Part shown: one piece after another, positions 1-12,310 of the stretch | Position numbering within the stretch: position 1 is the first letter of the stretch | Layout of the letters: each line of letters begins with the position of its first letter | From: Octopus sinensis | Lineage: Eukaryota | DNA: 64,000 bases | Reading direction: 5' to 3' | NCBI RefSeq assembly: GCF_006345805.1 | Contig: NC_043015.1 | Span: 53,134,001-53,198,000 of the forward strand | The notes under the pieces: generated by a model | The model's input: only the letters and a program-made list of their open reading frames with translations | What the model was told of the DNA's origin: nothing | The model's database searches: none | Position numbers and translations under genes: made by a program

Positions 1-240
1 GAATATACTACTACCATTGTCGGTGTTATTAGCATCAGGTCGGTCTTTTTTGATCAAAGCTATGGTTAAGCCCGTTCATGTCCGTGACTATGGTTATCGA
101 TCGTATCTTATATCACACATGATAATGGACGCTGGCTTAGGTGTATGGTTACGAAGTTCGTATCTATATTGTTTCGAATACGTTTCCACCGTGCGGCATT
201 TTGGTCCAACATCTTCTAAAATAAAATAATCTTTTACATA

Positions 241-413
241 GGCGTAGGAGTGGCTGTGTGGTAAGTAGCTTGCTTACTAAGCACATGATTCCGGGTCCAG
301 TCTCACTGCGTGGCACCTTGGGCAAGTGTCTTCTACTATAGCCTCGGGCCAACCAAAGCCTTGTGAGTGGATTTGGTAGACGGAACCTGAAAGAAGCCCG
401 TCGTATACATATG

Positions 414-469
<56 letters not shown>

Positions 470-633
470 CATATATATGTGTGTGTTTACGTCCCCGTAA
501 CTTAGCGGTTCGGCAAAAGAGACCGATAGAATAAGTACTAGGCTTACAAAGAATAAGTCCTGGGGTCCATTTACTCGACTAAAGGCGGTGCTTCAGCATG
601 GCCACAGTCAAATGACTGAAACAAGAAAAAGAG
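241..633 (+). mobile_element. tRNA-derived SINE, family A (head, internal (TA)n/(CA)n microsatellite, 3' half)
   Basis: Pol III A box (tggctgtgtgg) and B box (ggttccagtct variant of ggttcagtccc), then ccttgggcaag; 3' end ...cagtcaaatgactgaaacaag; same sequence recurs more than 15 times in the window. Confidence 0.9.
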
Positions 634-802
634 TATATTGTATATAATATACACATACATTCGATAGGCCAGTTACTGTAATATTTGTCCTGAGATAACA
701 TTAATTAAGGACTTGCTGTGTACAAAAATTTGTACCAGCAGTGGCCAGCAATAGCGCCAAATGCATTACGAACGTTTTGGGACCGTTCGCTGGGTCAATA
801 AA

Positions 803-1116
803 TGGTTCTCCGTCGGTTACGACGACAAGGATTCCAGTTGATTTGATCAACGGAACAGCCTGCTCGAGAAATTAAGGTGTATATGGCTGAACACTCCACA
901 AATATGCATGCCTTGAACGTAATTCTCAGGGAGATTCAGCATTGAATATGACAAGGCTGGCTCTTTGAATTACAGATGCAACTCATTTTTGCTAGCTATG
1001 TGGACTGGAGAAACGGGAAATGGAGTGTCTTGCTCATGTGCACAACGCGTCGATGCGTATCGAATTCTCGAGCTTACGGTCATGAATCGAGTGCCCTAAC
1101 CACTAAGCCACACTCC
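803..1116 (-). mobile_element. tRNA-derived SINE, family C with long tail
   Basis: Reverse complement gives tggcttagtggttagggc head and a tail ending gtcgtaaccgacggag; matches 31990-32308. Confidence 0.8.
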
Positions 1117-1379
1117 TTCACACAAGAGATAATATTTCAGTAGTGTGTATGCATTGTGTATGCTACATAGATGCCTATTTTAATAAAATGCTGCCTCACC
1201 TGCGAGAGCGCTACTTCTAAAATAGTTTAAAGCTAACCAAAACATTACGTGTGAAAATTGGTAGATGTTGGAACTGTGTGGGAAACCCATTGAAAAGACC
1301 ATTGCTTTCATAGGTGATAGAATTTAATGCGGCCGGTGCATTTCCATGTCATTCGTGACCGACGAGGGCCATTACACTT

Positions 1380-1410
<31 letters not shown>

Positions 1411-1413
1411 TAT

Positions 1414-1450
<37 letters not shown>

Positions 1451-1454
<4 letters not shown>

Positions 1455-1616
1455 GGAATTTGCAAAAACACAAAAGACGAAGACAGGTGTGTAAACAAGA
1501 AAATGGTTTTTATTAGTTTAACGCTCGGGGAAGGTGAGAAAGGTCTTTTACGTTTCGAGCCTACGCTCTTCAACAGAAAGGAACACAAAAAATAAACAGA
1601 GAGAATAAAAAAGAAG
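1451..1616 (-). mobile_element. Penelope-like pseudo-LTR remnant carrying a hammerhead-like motif
   Basis: Homologous to 37215-37378 and 15320-15396; contains ctttctgttgaagagcgtaggctcgaaacgtaaaag on the minus strand; PLE assignment inferred from the ribozyme-like motif. Confidence 0.6.
1545..1580 (-). ncRNA. Hammerhead-like motif, variant core (CUGUUGA-A)
   Basis: cttt-CTGTTGA-a-gagc-gtag-gctc-GAAAC-GTA-aaag: stem I cttt/aaag, stem II gagc/gctc, GUA site. Confidence 0.55.
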
Positions 1617-1625
1617 CTTTAGTAG

Positions 1626-1674
<49 letters not shown>

Positions 1675-1789
1675 TATATGTATGTATGTGTGTGTGTGTG
1701 TGTTTGTGTATAAATACATATATATACATACATACATACAAATATATATATCTTTGTGTGTATGTATATATATGTATATATATATATGT

Positions 1790-1822
<33 letters not shown>

Positions 1823-2084
1823 GTGTATGTGAACGCTGTTGTTGTCAGTCCTCTTTAATGCCTGTTAATGTCAGATGCAGACGAGTGGATGTGGAATATT
1901 CACAGATGTGGCGCCGTCTATAATTCGAAAGAAATATGGGGTTCTAAGAATGAAACAAACATTTCAATTTTAGAATACTTTCGCTTCTGGTGTTGTTGTT
2001 GTTGTTATTACTGTTCATCACCTTCTGGCCATCATCGTCATCATCACCTCTCTTCTCAGTATAACTCTCATCGTCAATGTTCTC

Positions 2085-2132
2085 GTTGTTGTTATTATTA
2101 TTATTATTATCATTATTATTATTATTATTATT

Positions 2133-2168
<36 letters not shown>

Positions 2169-2180
2169 ATTATTATTATA
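2085..2180. repeat. Compound (ATT)n/(GTT)n microsatellite, tail or target of the adjacent LINE
   Basis: Direct reading; abuts the LINE 3' end. Confidence 0.9.
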
Positions 2181-2834
2181 GACGTCGTACAGTATACAAT
2201 ATCGCGAGGATGTTGATATTGTGTCTACCGGGGGTTTGTACTCTTTGTCAAGTCACAACAAGGACCTCAGGCAGACAGTACTTTACACAATATACGTGCG
2301 GTCCCAAGTAAAGCCAACTTTTACAACACATGTATATTGTAGGGTATTTCTAGGGTTTCAGATGTTTTTTTTCAGATTGGGTGGTATTGAACCCAATGCT
2401 CCGATGACAATAGGGATAACCTTTATGCTTGACTCTCGTAACTTCCACATCTTAGCGATCTCAATTCTCAGGTCTCCATATTTATCAGCCTTTTCTCTTT
2501 CGTTCATGATGATATGTTGATCTCCTGGCACTGCCACGTCAGTTATTAGGTACTCTTGTTTGTCCCTCCTAAAGGTTAATATATCTGGCCATCGGTGCTC
2601 TAATACTTTGTCTGTCTGGAAATGAAAGTCCCAAAGGATTTTTGCTTTCTCCTTTTCGTCTATTACCTTTTCCGATGTATATTGTTATCAATACTTACAG
2701 CATAGTAAGCAGTGGAGATTTTGGACTACTTCGTCGTGTCTACGCTTGTACTCCTGCGCAAGACTTTCACAAGCACTAACAATGTGAGTCTCACTTTCGA
2801 CCATCTTCCCCACACATTCTGCAGAGGTCCGGTG
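2181..2834 (-). pseudogene. R4/Dong-like non-LTR retrotransposon 3' end (zinc knuckle, RLE endonuclease, 3'UTR), copy B
   Basis: Minus frames give DLCRMCG..THIVSACESLAQ.YKRRHD, AKILWDFHFQTDKVLEHRWPDI, DVAVPGD..KADKYGDLRIEIAKMW, VIPIVIGALG, LALLGTARIL.KVL; stops and frameshifts present. Confidence 0.85.
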
Positions 2835-2970
2835 CATTCTATATATATGATCCAGCACCGTTTGCTTTCTTTCTCAATTAAGACTACGTCTGGTTTCCTA
2901 TTCTCTATCTCATGGTCGCACTGAATCATAAAATCCCATAGGATCTTTGCATTATCATTTTCGATGATGC
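2835..2970 (-). pseudogene. RLE endonuclease fragment from a different, related LINE subfamily
   Basis: IENDNAKILWDFMIQCDHEIENRKPDVVLIEKESKRCWII (KPD motif). Confidence 0.8.
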
Positions 2971-3838
<868 letters not shown>

Positions 3839-4560
3839 GATTGTCTGTCTGTCGGTCTGTTCTATTTGCTGGTAAGAGCGTCTATATGTCCAAAGGAACT
3901 CCGGCCGTGACCATCGAGCCTGTTTTGCTCATGCGATGTAGGAGGACTCACCTGCTACTGCTGCTATACTTCCTGACTCTCTCTTCCACCTCTCCCGCCT
4001 CCCACTCCCCGTCTTCCCCCCTCCTATTATTATTATCCCTCTCCGACTTTCCTTCACCCTTCTTCGTCCTCCTTATTCTTTCCTCCCCCTCTTCCTCTAC
4101 ATTCTGCTCCCTTTTCTTCCACATTCTATACTTCCTTGCTTCCTTGTTTCTCCACCTAAGATTTTTTCCTCCCCTCCTCCTCCTCCTCCTCCTCCTCACC
4201 ACCACCACCTTGATATGACTCTTTATAGTTTCTCTCTTCTCACAAACACTCAGGTTTACGTCTTCGTGACCTTTGTTTAACTTTTCCTGTTTCCCCACCG
4301 CTAGCAAAAATATTATAGATTCAACGAAGGCAGCCGACGGTTACAGACGTTGCTTTTCACACTTGCCCCAGCATCGCTACTATTTCTTGTCATTGCTAAC
4401 TCCTACTGCACCTCTTCCTCCAACTTGTCAACACCGTTGTTGACAAGGCGAGGAAACTTGTCAGCCTGCCAAAGGTAAACGGCGAAGAAAGCATGCGTCT
4501 CTCACCCCGAAACACTGGAGATGTTTTTTTAATAACCACTCTCGCACACCGAAGATGCAC

Positions 4561-4561
4561 G

Positions 4562-4649
<88 letters not shown>

Positions 4650-4720
4650 AGTCTGTCTGTCTGTCTGTCTGTATATCTAGCTATATTAGCCGCTCAGTCT
4701 GCCTGACTGTCTCTATTATC

Positions 4721-4775
<55 letters not shown>

Positions 4776-4863
4776 ATCTATCTATCTCTATCTATCTATC
4801 TATCAGTCTGTTTTGTCTGTCTGTATATCTAGCTATCTAGCTATCAGTCTGCCTGACTGTCTT

Positions 4864-4921
<58 letters not shown>

Positions 4922-5021
4922 GTCTGTCTGTCTGTCTGTCTGTATATCTAGCTAGCTAGCTATCCGTCTGTCTGTCTGTCTGTCTCTGTCTCTCTGTCCT
5001 CTCTATCTATCTATCTATCTA

Positions 5022-5072
<51 letters not shown>

Positions 5073-5165
5073 AGTCTGCCTGCCTGTCTGTCTGTCTCTC
5101 TTTATCTATCAGTCTATTTGTCTGCCTGTCTGTCTGTCTGTCTATCTATTTATCTATTTATCTAT

Positions 5166-5243
<78 letters not shown>

Positions 5244-5260
5244 CTCAGTCTGTCTGTCTG
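4561..5260. repeat. Compound (TATC)n/(TGTC)n array with higher-order units
   Basis: Direct reading; the block gtctgtctgtatatctagcta recurs three times. Confidence 0.9.
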
Positions 5261-5689
5261 TCTTCATATGCATATTATTTTATACGTTATGTTTTGTATG
5301 TTATTTTGAAATAAGTTTAAGAATAACAACGGGACATAAGAAGGCGGCGCTTCATTATGGCTGCTGGCTTATGGCTGAAACCATTAAAGGAATTCTAAAG
5401 AATAATAATAGTCATTGACAAGTAGTCTCAGTTATTGAGAGTATAGTCACATTTATAAAATTCCTGCAGATCGGACTTCAAGTTTTGCTTCACGACTTAT
5501 GCATCCATTGGTTGAATAAACTGCCGGACGAAAATTAATGCCCCAATTACAATGAATTTGTTTTTTTTTTATACGCAAGCGTCAATTATTCATTATTTTT
5601 ATTATATATGTACGTACCTTTGTGCAAGGTGTTAGTGAATACACAGTTAGCCTCACGCTTACCTCTTCATACACACACACACTCACTTT

Positions 5690-5700
5690 ATTTCTTTTTC

Positions 5701-5744
<44 letters not shown>

Positions 5745-5760
5745 TTTCTTCTTTCTTTCT
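5690..5760. repeat. (TTTC)n microsatellite
   Basis: Direct reading. Confidence 0.95.
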
Positions 5761-6035
5761 CCCCCTCCACTCTCTCTCTCTCTCTCACACATACATACAC
5801 ACACTCGTATAACCGTTACCGATTTAAAGGGGCTTTTTGTCTTGAATTCATTGAAGATTCATGTTTCGGATACAAAGCCCCTATCAAATCAGTAACTTAA
5901 GCCGAATCCTCGGAACCCATACTAATAGCAAACAAAGCAATACTATTTATTACTGTTTGTTTCTTTTTTACATTTATAGCTATACACACACACAACACAC
6001 ACACACACACACATATATATAATATATATATATAT

Positions 6036-6180
6036 GAGTGGCTGTGTGGTGAGAAAATCGCTACCTAACCACATGGTTCCGGGTTCAGTCCCACTGCGTG
6101 GCACCTTGGGCATGTCTTCTACTATAGCCTTGGGTTGATCAAAGCCTTGTGAGTGGATTTGGTTAGACGGAAATTGAAAG
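6036..6180 (+). mobile_element. SINE family A, 5' half
   Basis: gagtggctgtgtggt...ggttcagtcccactgcgtggcaccttgggc. Confidence 0.85.
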
Positions 6181-6440
6181 TTGTGAGTGCAATCGTATTC
6201 AATACTTTCATAGACACAGAGAGAGGAGAGGTCCTTTTACTGTAGATATTAAATAATTATAAAGGCATATATTATACACCTTGGTTTGAGGTCCGCTAAA
6301 TTTTAAACCCCTAGTCTTCAGCCAATCGAACCTGTATGTATATCCACTATTGTATATAAAAACGCACACATACACACACCACACACACACATATATATAT
6401 TAGATAAAATGAATAGAAATGGCTTTTCTCACAATTTTTT

Positions 6441-6592
6441 GGTTGTGTGGTAAGAAGCTTGCTTCCCAGCAACATGGTTCCGGGTTCAGTTCTACTGTGT
6501 GGCACATTGGGTAAGTGTCTCCTACTATTGCCTCCGGACGGCCAAAATCTTGTGAGTGGATTTGATAGACGAAAACTGAAAGAAGCCCGTCG
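6441..6592 (+). mobile_element. SINE family A, 5' half
   Basis: Matches the family A head through gaaagaagcccgtcg. Confidence 0.85.
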
Positions 6593-6628
<36 letters not shown>

Positions 6629-6788
6629 AACTATATATACACTCACACACACACACCCGCACGCACACACACACACATATATATTGATAAAAAAGGTAAG
6701 ATAACAAAAGAAAGAAAGTGACCTCAATATTATGTAAATAGAGGAATTTATCTGTAAATATAATATGTGACAATTATTCAGTAGCCAA

Positions 6789-6849
6789 GATAAAACTCTG
6801 AGTTTCGGATGCCGAGGTGGAAATCCACACCACCATCTCTTCAGTTATC
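6789..6849 (-). ncRNA. Type I hammerhead ribozyme candidate (canonical core)
   Basis: gataa-CTGAAGA-[stem II with gtgg-attt-ccac]-GAAAC-tcaga-GTT-ttatc: perfect 5-bp stem I, stem III aactc/gagtt, GUU site. Confidence 0.75.
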
Positions 6850-6895
6850 CGGCCATCGGAAAAAAGCTTATAAAAAAGATAGCGTTTTTCCGATG

Positions 6896-6956
6896 GATAA
6901 CTGAAGAGATGGTGGTGTGGATTTCCACTTCGGCACCCGAAACACAGAGTTTTATC
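6896..6956 (+). ncRNA. Type I hammerhead ribozyme candidate (canonical core)
   Basis: gataa-CTGAAGA-gatggtg..caccc-GAAAC-acaga-GTT-ttatc; predicted cleavage after 6951; one stem III mismatch. Confidence 0.7.
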
Positions 6957-7024
6957 TTAGCTACCGAATAATTTCTCCATTTTCTGATTACACACACACG
7001 CACACACACACACACACACACATA

Positions 7025-7238
7025 CAAGGATATGCTAAAAAGTCCTTGGCCTTGGGTAAAAAAATACAGGAGGCTTAGTTAATTATGATTTCATTCAACG
7101 TATTTCCCGCTCAGATTCACACACTTATTGCAAGGGCCCTTCAGTTTTTTAAGCCCTTTAAAAGAACGCAAAAGGTCGCTCCTTCAACCAGCTCTTTCGC
7201 GACACCCTTAAAGCCAGGAACTTTTCAGCACCCCTTCG
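7025..7238 (-). mobile_element. Mariner-derived MITE
   Basis: Imperfect TIRs of about 33 bp (caaggatatgctaaaaagtccttggc / gccaggaacttttcagcaccccttcg), TA on both flanks, minus frame KGLKKLKGPCNKCVNLSGKYVE* (mariner C-terminus). Confidence 0.75.
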
Positions 7239-7622
7239 TATATATGAGTGTATTTGTGTATACGAATGTTTGATGGTGTATTAAATAAGTATACTGTTCA
7301 TAAAAGCGACGGAAGCGGAAGTAGATCTGACAGTCTTTACTCGTTTCATTTGTTTAACAATAACCTTGGAGCTAACTTCAAGAACGTTTTGTTTTTTGCT
7401 TTTTTTTTTCATGTATTTTTTCCTTCCTTTTTTTGAACGAAAGCTAAAATTATCAAACTTTTCAGCTTAAAATGTTTGCAATTTCTGTTCAAGTCATCCT
7501 ATAAGATTTTTATTTATTTCTTTATTTTATTTTTTGCGTGGCAGATACTATGCCAATTTGTGGAATTTTAATGCATTTGTCTATTCACATCAACAGTATT
7601 CTTTAAAACTGCAAAGCAAGCA

Positions 7623-7681
<59 letters not shown>

Positions 7682-7995
7682 AAAAGAAGCAGCGAAGTAT
7701 TAAGAAAAAAAGAAGAGAGAAAAATATGGCGAAACCAACGAGGATTATGTTTACAACGAATAAATATTCATAGAACTTTGGTTGCATCATTTACAGACGC
7801 AGCTAGAAAGCACTGGGTGGTTGGATTTGCGGCTGGTTTTTCAGTGAGCCAGAACAACATCCCAGTTTCGATACTCAGTAACCTTTGTGTCATCGTTTCT
7901 CTTCAGTGATTAATGTTTACATCTTAAAAACAGTTAGATATCAGTTTCTGCGTCTTGCTCTTGAAAGGCAGTGAATTGACAGAATTGTTACATCG

Positions 7996-8213
7996 AGGGC
8001 GGCGAGCTGGCAGACGCGTTAGCACGCCGGGGGAAATGCTTAGCAGTATTTCGTCTGCCGCTACGTTCTGACTTCAAATTCCGCCGAGGCCGACTTTTCC
8101 TTTCATCCTTTCTGGGTCGATAAATTAAGTACCAGTTGCGTACTTGAGTCGATCTAATCGACTGGCTCCCTCTCCCCACAAATTTCAGGCCTTGTGCTTA
8201 GAGTAGAAAAGAA
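7996..8213 (+). mobile_element. tRNA-derived SINE, family B (full length)
   Basis: ggcggcgagctggcag head, B box gacttcaaattcc, central gcc..tttcatcctttc.gggtcgataaattaagtaccag, hairpin gtcgat.taatcgac. Confidence 0.9.
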
Positions 8214-8225
8214 ATGGTTCATCGT

Positions 8226-8510
8226 CGGTATTTATTTCGATTATCTGCTCTCTGAGTTCAAATTCCACGGAAATCAACTTTACTTTTGTTTTATTCTTTT
8301 TTTTTCAAACCCTTTCAAAATCGATAAAAAATGAACCAATGAAAGGCGGTGGATTGTAAGTATTTGATGCCTTGTGTTTGTTCACGATCTTTGCGTTCTG
8401 AGTTCAAATTCAACCATGGCCTACATGGGCGAAAGACTCATCCCATAGCTTGGGGCTCGATTAAATAAGTACCAGTTACGCACTGGAGACGATATAATCG
8501 ATTTCATCCC
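8226..8510 (+). mobile_element. Two decayed SINE family B copies in tandem
   Basis: Two further ctgagttcaaatt B boxes and gataaa/aagtaccagttacgcactgg motifs. Confidence 0.65.
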
Positions 8511-8599
8511 TTTTTTTGTACTACATTACAGTTTAGGTACTTTTACCAGAGTTTACTCTATTGTAAGCATTCGGGCCAGATTTCTAGTTTCCAAAATCT

Positions 8600-8815
8600 T
8601 ACAGTAATAGGGAGCTTTTCAATCGTGCTGACATCTACGAATTATTCCTACCTTGAGGCACCTGTCCAAAATAAGGTAAACTGTATGAATTGAGAGGTAA
8701 ATACCGTGATCATCAATAGCAAATGTAGTTTGAAATTGCTGACCATTTGGTTGAATGTTAAATGCCTTATCGTCTTGCCTATCTTGCCCATTCTGTAGCA
8801 CTTAAATGTATATAG
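8600..8815 (-). pseudogene. Possible GIY-YIG remnant of another PLE family
   Basis: YTFKC...IGKTIRHL...SNFKL resembles PLE endonuclease motifs; weak. Confidence 0.3.
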
Positions 8816-8934
8816 GGAGAGCGAGGGGAGGTGATAAGGCAATACTGTTGACCCCAGTCCTTTTCTTATACTTTATTTTTTGGACCTTCGTTTCATATAG
8901 TTTAATATATTTTTATAAATATGTACATATATGG

Positions 8935-10537
8935 ATGTCGTGAAATCCAACCGGTTTTCGCTATTTAAATTAGTTTTTCAAGGGACATTGTACAGTAATC
9001 GATTCTCGTGACAGAGGGGTCTCGTCATTTTGGATGTTTGAAAAATAAGAATGAGCCTAGAGAGTGAACCATGGGATGTAACAGGTGGCAGGGGGGACAA
9101 CTGACTCCCCAGTATAATTTTTTAAATGGGCAAATTTGCATTTTGGGGTGTGGTCTGTACTTTTGTATGAACAGGTTTTCCTTGATTAGGCGTTCTTGTT
9201 CTGAGATTGAATTTTTGCATTGGTATAATGTGAAGATATGAAAATTCGGCGTTATATTACTTGCGCATCTGTCGATGTATCCGCTCAGTGTTATCTGCCT
9301 GTATTGAGGGAAACGAATCTGTTCTTTATGTAGCGTGACTCTGCGTCTCAAAGTAAGGCTCGTTTGGCCCATATAATTGTGACCACAACCTGAGCAGGTT
9401 ACGACATAGATAAGGCTCTCGGAAGCACATGTGAAGTTGGTCTTGAGAATTTTTGCCCTTGCTGGAATGTGATTTCCGAGCCTTCAGTTAGGTATGGGCA
9501 TGTACCACAATTAGGTCGTCTGCATTTTTTAACTACTGGTATCGTTTGTATTGAGTATCGTTTTGCATTTGTTAGGAGTCACTTGAGTGATTTGTCTTGT
9601 CTTTTGCATTTTATTAGTTTGTGTGTATTTAGGATGCTGTTCATTTTTGGGTCTTGAGTGAGTAGAGGGAGATTTTTTATAATTGTGTTGTATGCTTCAT
9701 TGTTTCTGGGGTTGTGGGTTGATATGTATGGGAGTGATTGAAGGTGAGGTGTGGTGTTTTGTTGCCTTAGTGTGTTTATGTGCAATTTCTTGGCACGTTT
9801 AATTCCATATTCTATAAGTGTAGGTGGGTATTGACGTTCAATGAGTGTTATTTTGAGTTCTTGTAGGCGAAGTTCCCGAGTGGTTGTGTCTGATAGAATT
9901 GTACAGATCCTTTTTGCTAGATTGAATAGAGTATTTATTTTGGTGCGTTTAAGATGGCTTGAACTGAAAAGGAGATACTGTTTTGAGTCAGTTGGTTTGT
10001 AGTGAATGTAGGTTGAAATTTGGTTGTTGGAAATGGGAGCTGTTCCTTGCTATATTCCATTGTAAATTGGATGATGGGATTTATATTGTTCAGTATGGAT
10101 TTGAAATGCAGGAGTTTATCATAGGTTTCATTCCAGATGATAAAACAATCGTCTAGAAGCCCATTATTAGGTTCCCGAGGACAGGTGCTGCTTTTCTTCC
10201 AGTCGCAATACCACATTTTTGGCAGTAATATGTTGTATCGAATAGGAAGTAATTGTTTTGTAGGATGAACTTCAGGGATTCAATGACAAAAGTCTGGTTT
10301 ATGCGGTCCGGGAGAAATTCGGGGTATTTTTCTAACTGAAATTTTTTATTGCCGCTATTCCGTAGTCATGTAGAGGTTGATGACATCGAAGGAGACTAAT
10401 AGCGCTTCTTCGTCGGTGGTTTTTGGTAGATGCTCTAGCATGTCCAGATCGTCTCTAATGAAACATTTAATGTATTTGAAGAAAGGTTTCAATAGCATGT
10501 CCAGAAAGTTGCTTAGGCGGTGTGCGCCTAAGCAACT
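8935..10537 (-). mobile_element. Penelope-like element, 5'-truncated, decayed RT plus GIY-YIG endonuclease
   Basis: HRLSNFLDMLLKP..LVSFDVINLY; LDDCFIIW..NNINPIIQFTMEYSKEQLPF; LAKRICTILSD..RLQELK..QYP; GQTSLTLRRRVTLHKEQI..ERLIKENLFIQKYRP; multiple frameshifts. Confidence 0.9.
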
Positions 10538-10593
10538 CATAGACGTTGCAAAGAACGCATTTTGCCAAATTTGCACATACGACAGCAACGATA

Positions 10594-10625
<32 letters not shown>

Positions 10626-10644
10626 GAATATATATATATATATA

Positions 10645-10807
10645 GGCGCAAGAGTGTGTGTGGTAAGTAGCTTACTTACTAACCACATGGTTCCAGGTTC
10701 AGTCCCACTGCGTGGCACCTTGAGCAAGAGTCTTTTTCTAGAGTCTCTGGCTGACAAAAGCCTTGTGAGTGGATTTGGTAGACGAAAATTGAAAGAAACC
10801 TGTCGAA

Positions 10808-10860
<53 letters not shown>

Positions 10861-11058
10861 ATGTGCGTATGTGTGTCTGTGTTTGTCTCCCCTCAACATT
10901 GCTTGACAACCGATGCTGGTGTATTTACGTCCCTGTAACTTAGTGAAACCGATCAATAAGTACTAGGCTTACAAAGAATAAGTTCTGGGGTCGATTTCCG
11001 CGATTAAAGGCGGTGCTCCAGCATGGCCGCAGTCCAATGACTGAAACAAGTAAAAGAG
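10645..11058 (+). mobile_element. SINE family A (full length)
   Basis: Head, internal (TA)n(TG)n and 3' half all present. Confidence 0.9.
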
Positions 11059-11080
11059 AGAGTAAGAAGAGTATATATAC

Positions 11081-11132
<52 letters not shown>

Positions 11133-11922
11133 TGCACAGCGGGATTGAACCTGTAACCACATAGGTGCGGAGCGATCAGAACCACACAACCAGGGTTGCG
11201 TTTAAAAAAGAAAGGCATAGCATTTTCTATGGAAAAAAAAAAAATTCTTCACGTTCTTCTTTTTTTAATGAAATAAAAAAAAAAAGAAAAAAAATCGATG
11301 CAAACATTCGTTGAAGACCTCTTCGTCAACATACAAGTGCACCATTGTATAATTTGAACACTAATGAATGGTAAACAGAGACTTGTTTTGCTACTTAACT
11401 CTGAAAGTAAAGTGGGTTGTTAAAAAATAAATTGAGGAAAATATCTTAAGAATTTACACTAAAGTGGTTTAACCCTGGGTGTGGTTCATTATTGAAAATA
11501 TAAAGAACTGCTATCATATATATATATATATATACATGCATACACACACAATATATACATATATGGCATTCGACACCGTTATCTATATATATCATTTAAT
11601 AGGGTTATTGTCCCTTAGTGTGTGTGGGTGTGTTTGTAAGAGCTTGGATATCTTCTGTGCTAATCAGATTAAGAGTTTTTAAACGGTGTTGTTTATACTC
11701 TTACTTGCCATGTTAGTGGAACACGGATCAGTTTAGGTCAATTCATAGCGTGTTATATGCGCATGTGTAGTGCGTGAGGGATGTAACGCATACGTACGTC
11801 TTACATATATGTGTGTGTGTGTGTGTGTGTGGTGATGTTTAGAACATAAGAATCTTTACACCAATGTGTAGGCACATACGCCTCTATGTGTATATATATA
11901 TATATATATGTGTGTGTATGTA

Positions 11923-11966
<44 letters not shown>

Positions 11967-12271
11967 CACACGCACGCACTTACCCTCCACACACATACAC
12001 TTACACACGCATACATACACATACACGGAAACCCCATTTCATACCATTCTTAAACACAAACATCCCGTCACACTGCACACGAATACACACTGATAAGCAG
12101 ACTACAGCAACAGTAAAAAAAATATATGGGTAAGACAGATGGGAAGTCACACACACACACACACTCACACACACACACACACACGTAACAAGGCTCGGTA
12201 AAAGCACGAGGTCACATTATTAGGGAGACGAGCAAAATCACACACGCACACATGTAGTATATATATATATA

Positions 12272-12310
<39 letters not shown>

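Larger units (their letters stand above)
6772..6973. repeat. 202-bp foldback (inverted duplication), probably inverted Penelope pseudo-LTRs
   Basis: Arms 6772-6850 and 6895-6973 are reverse complements with 5 mismatches; inner stem ccatcggaaaaa/tttttccgatgg. Confidence 0.9.

Noticed and set aside
3948-4307. 119-aa charged minus-strand ORF
   Set aside because: Produced by a purine-rich (GAG/AGG) tract; no domain.
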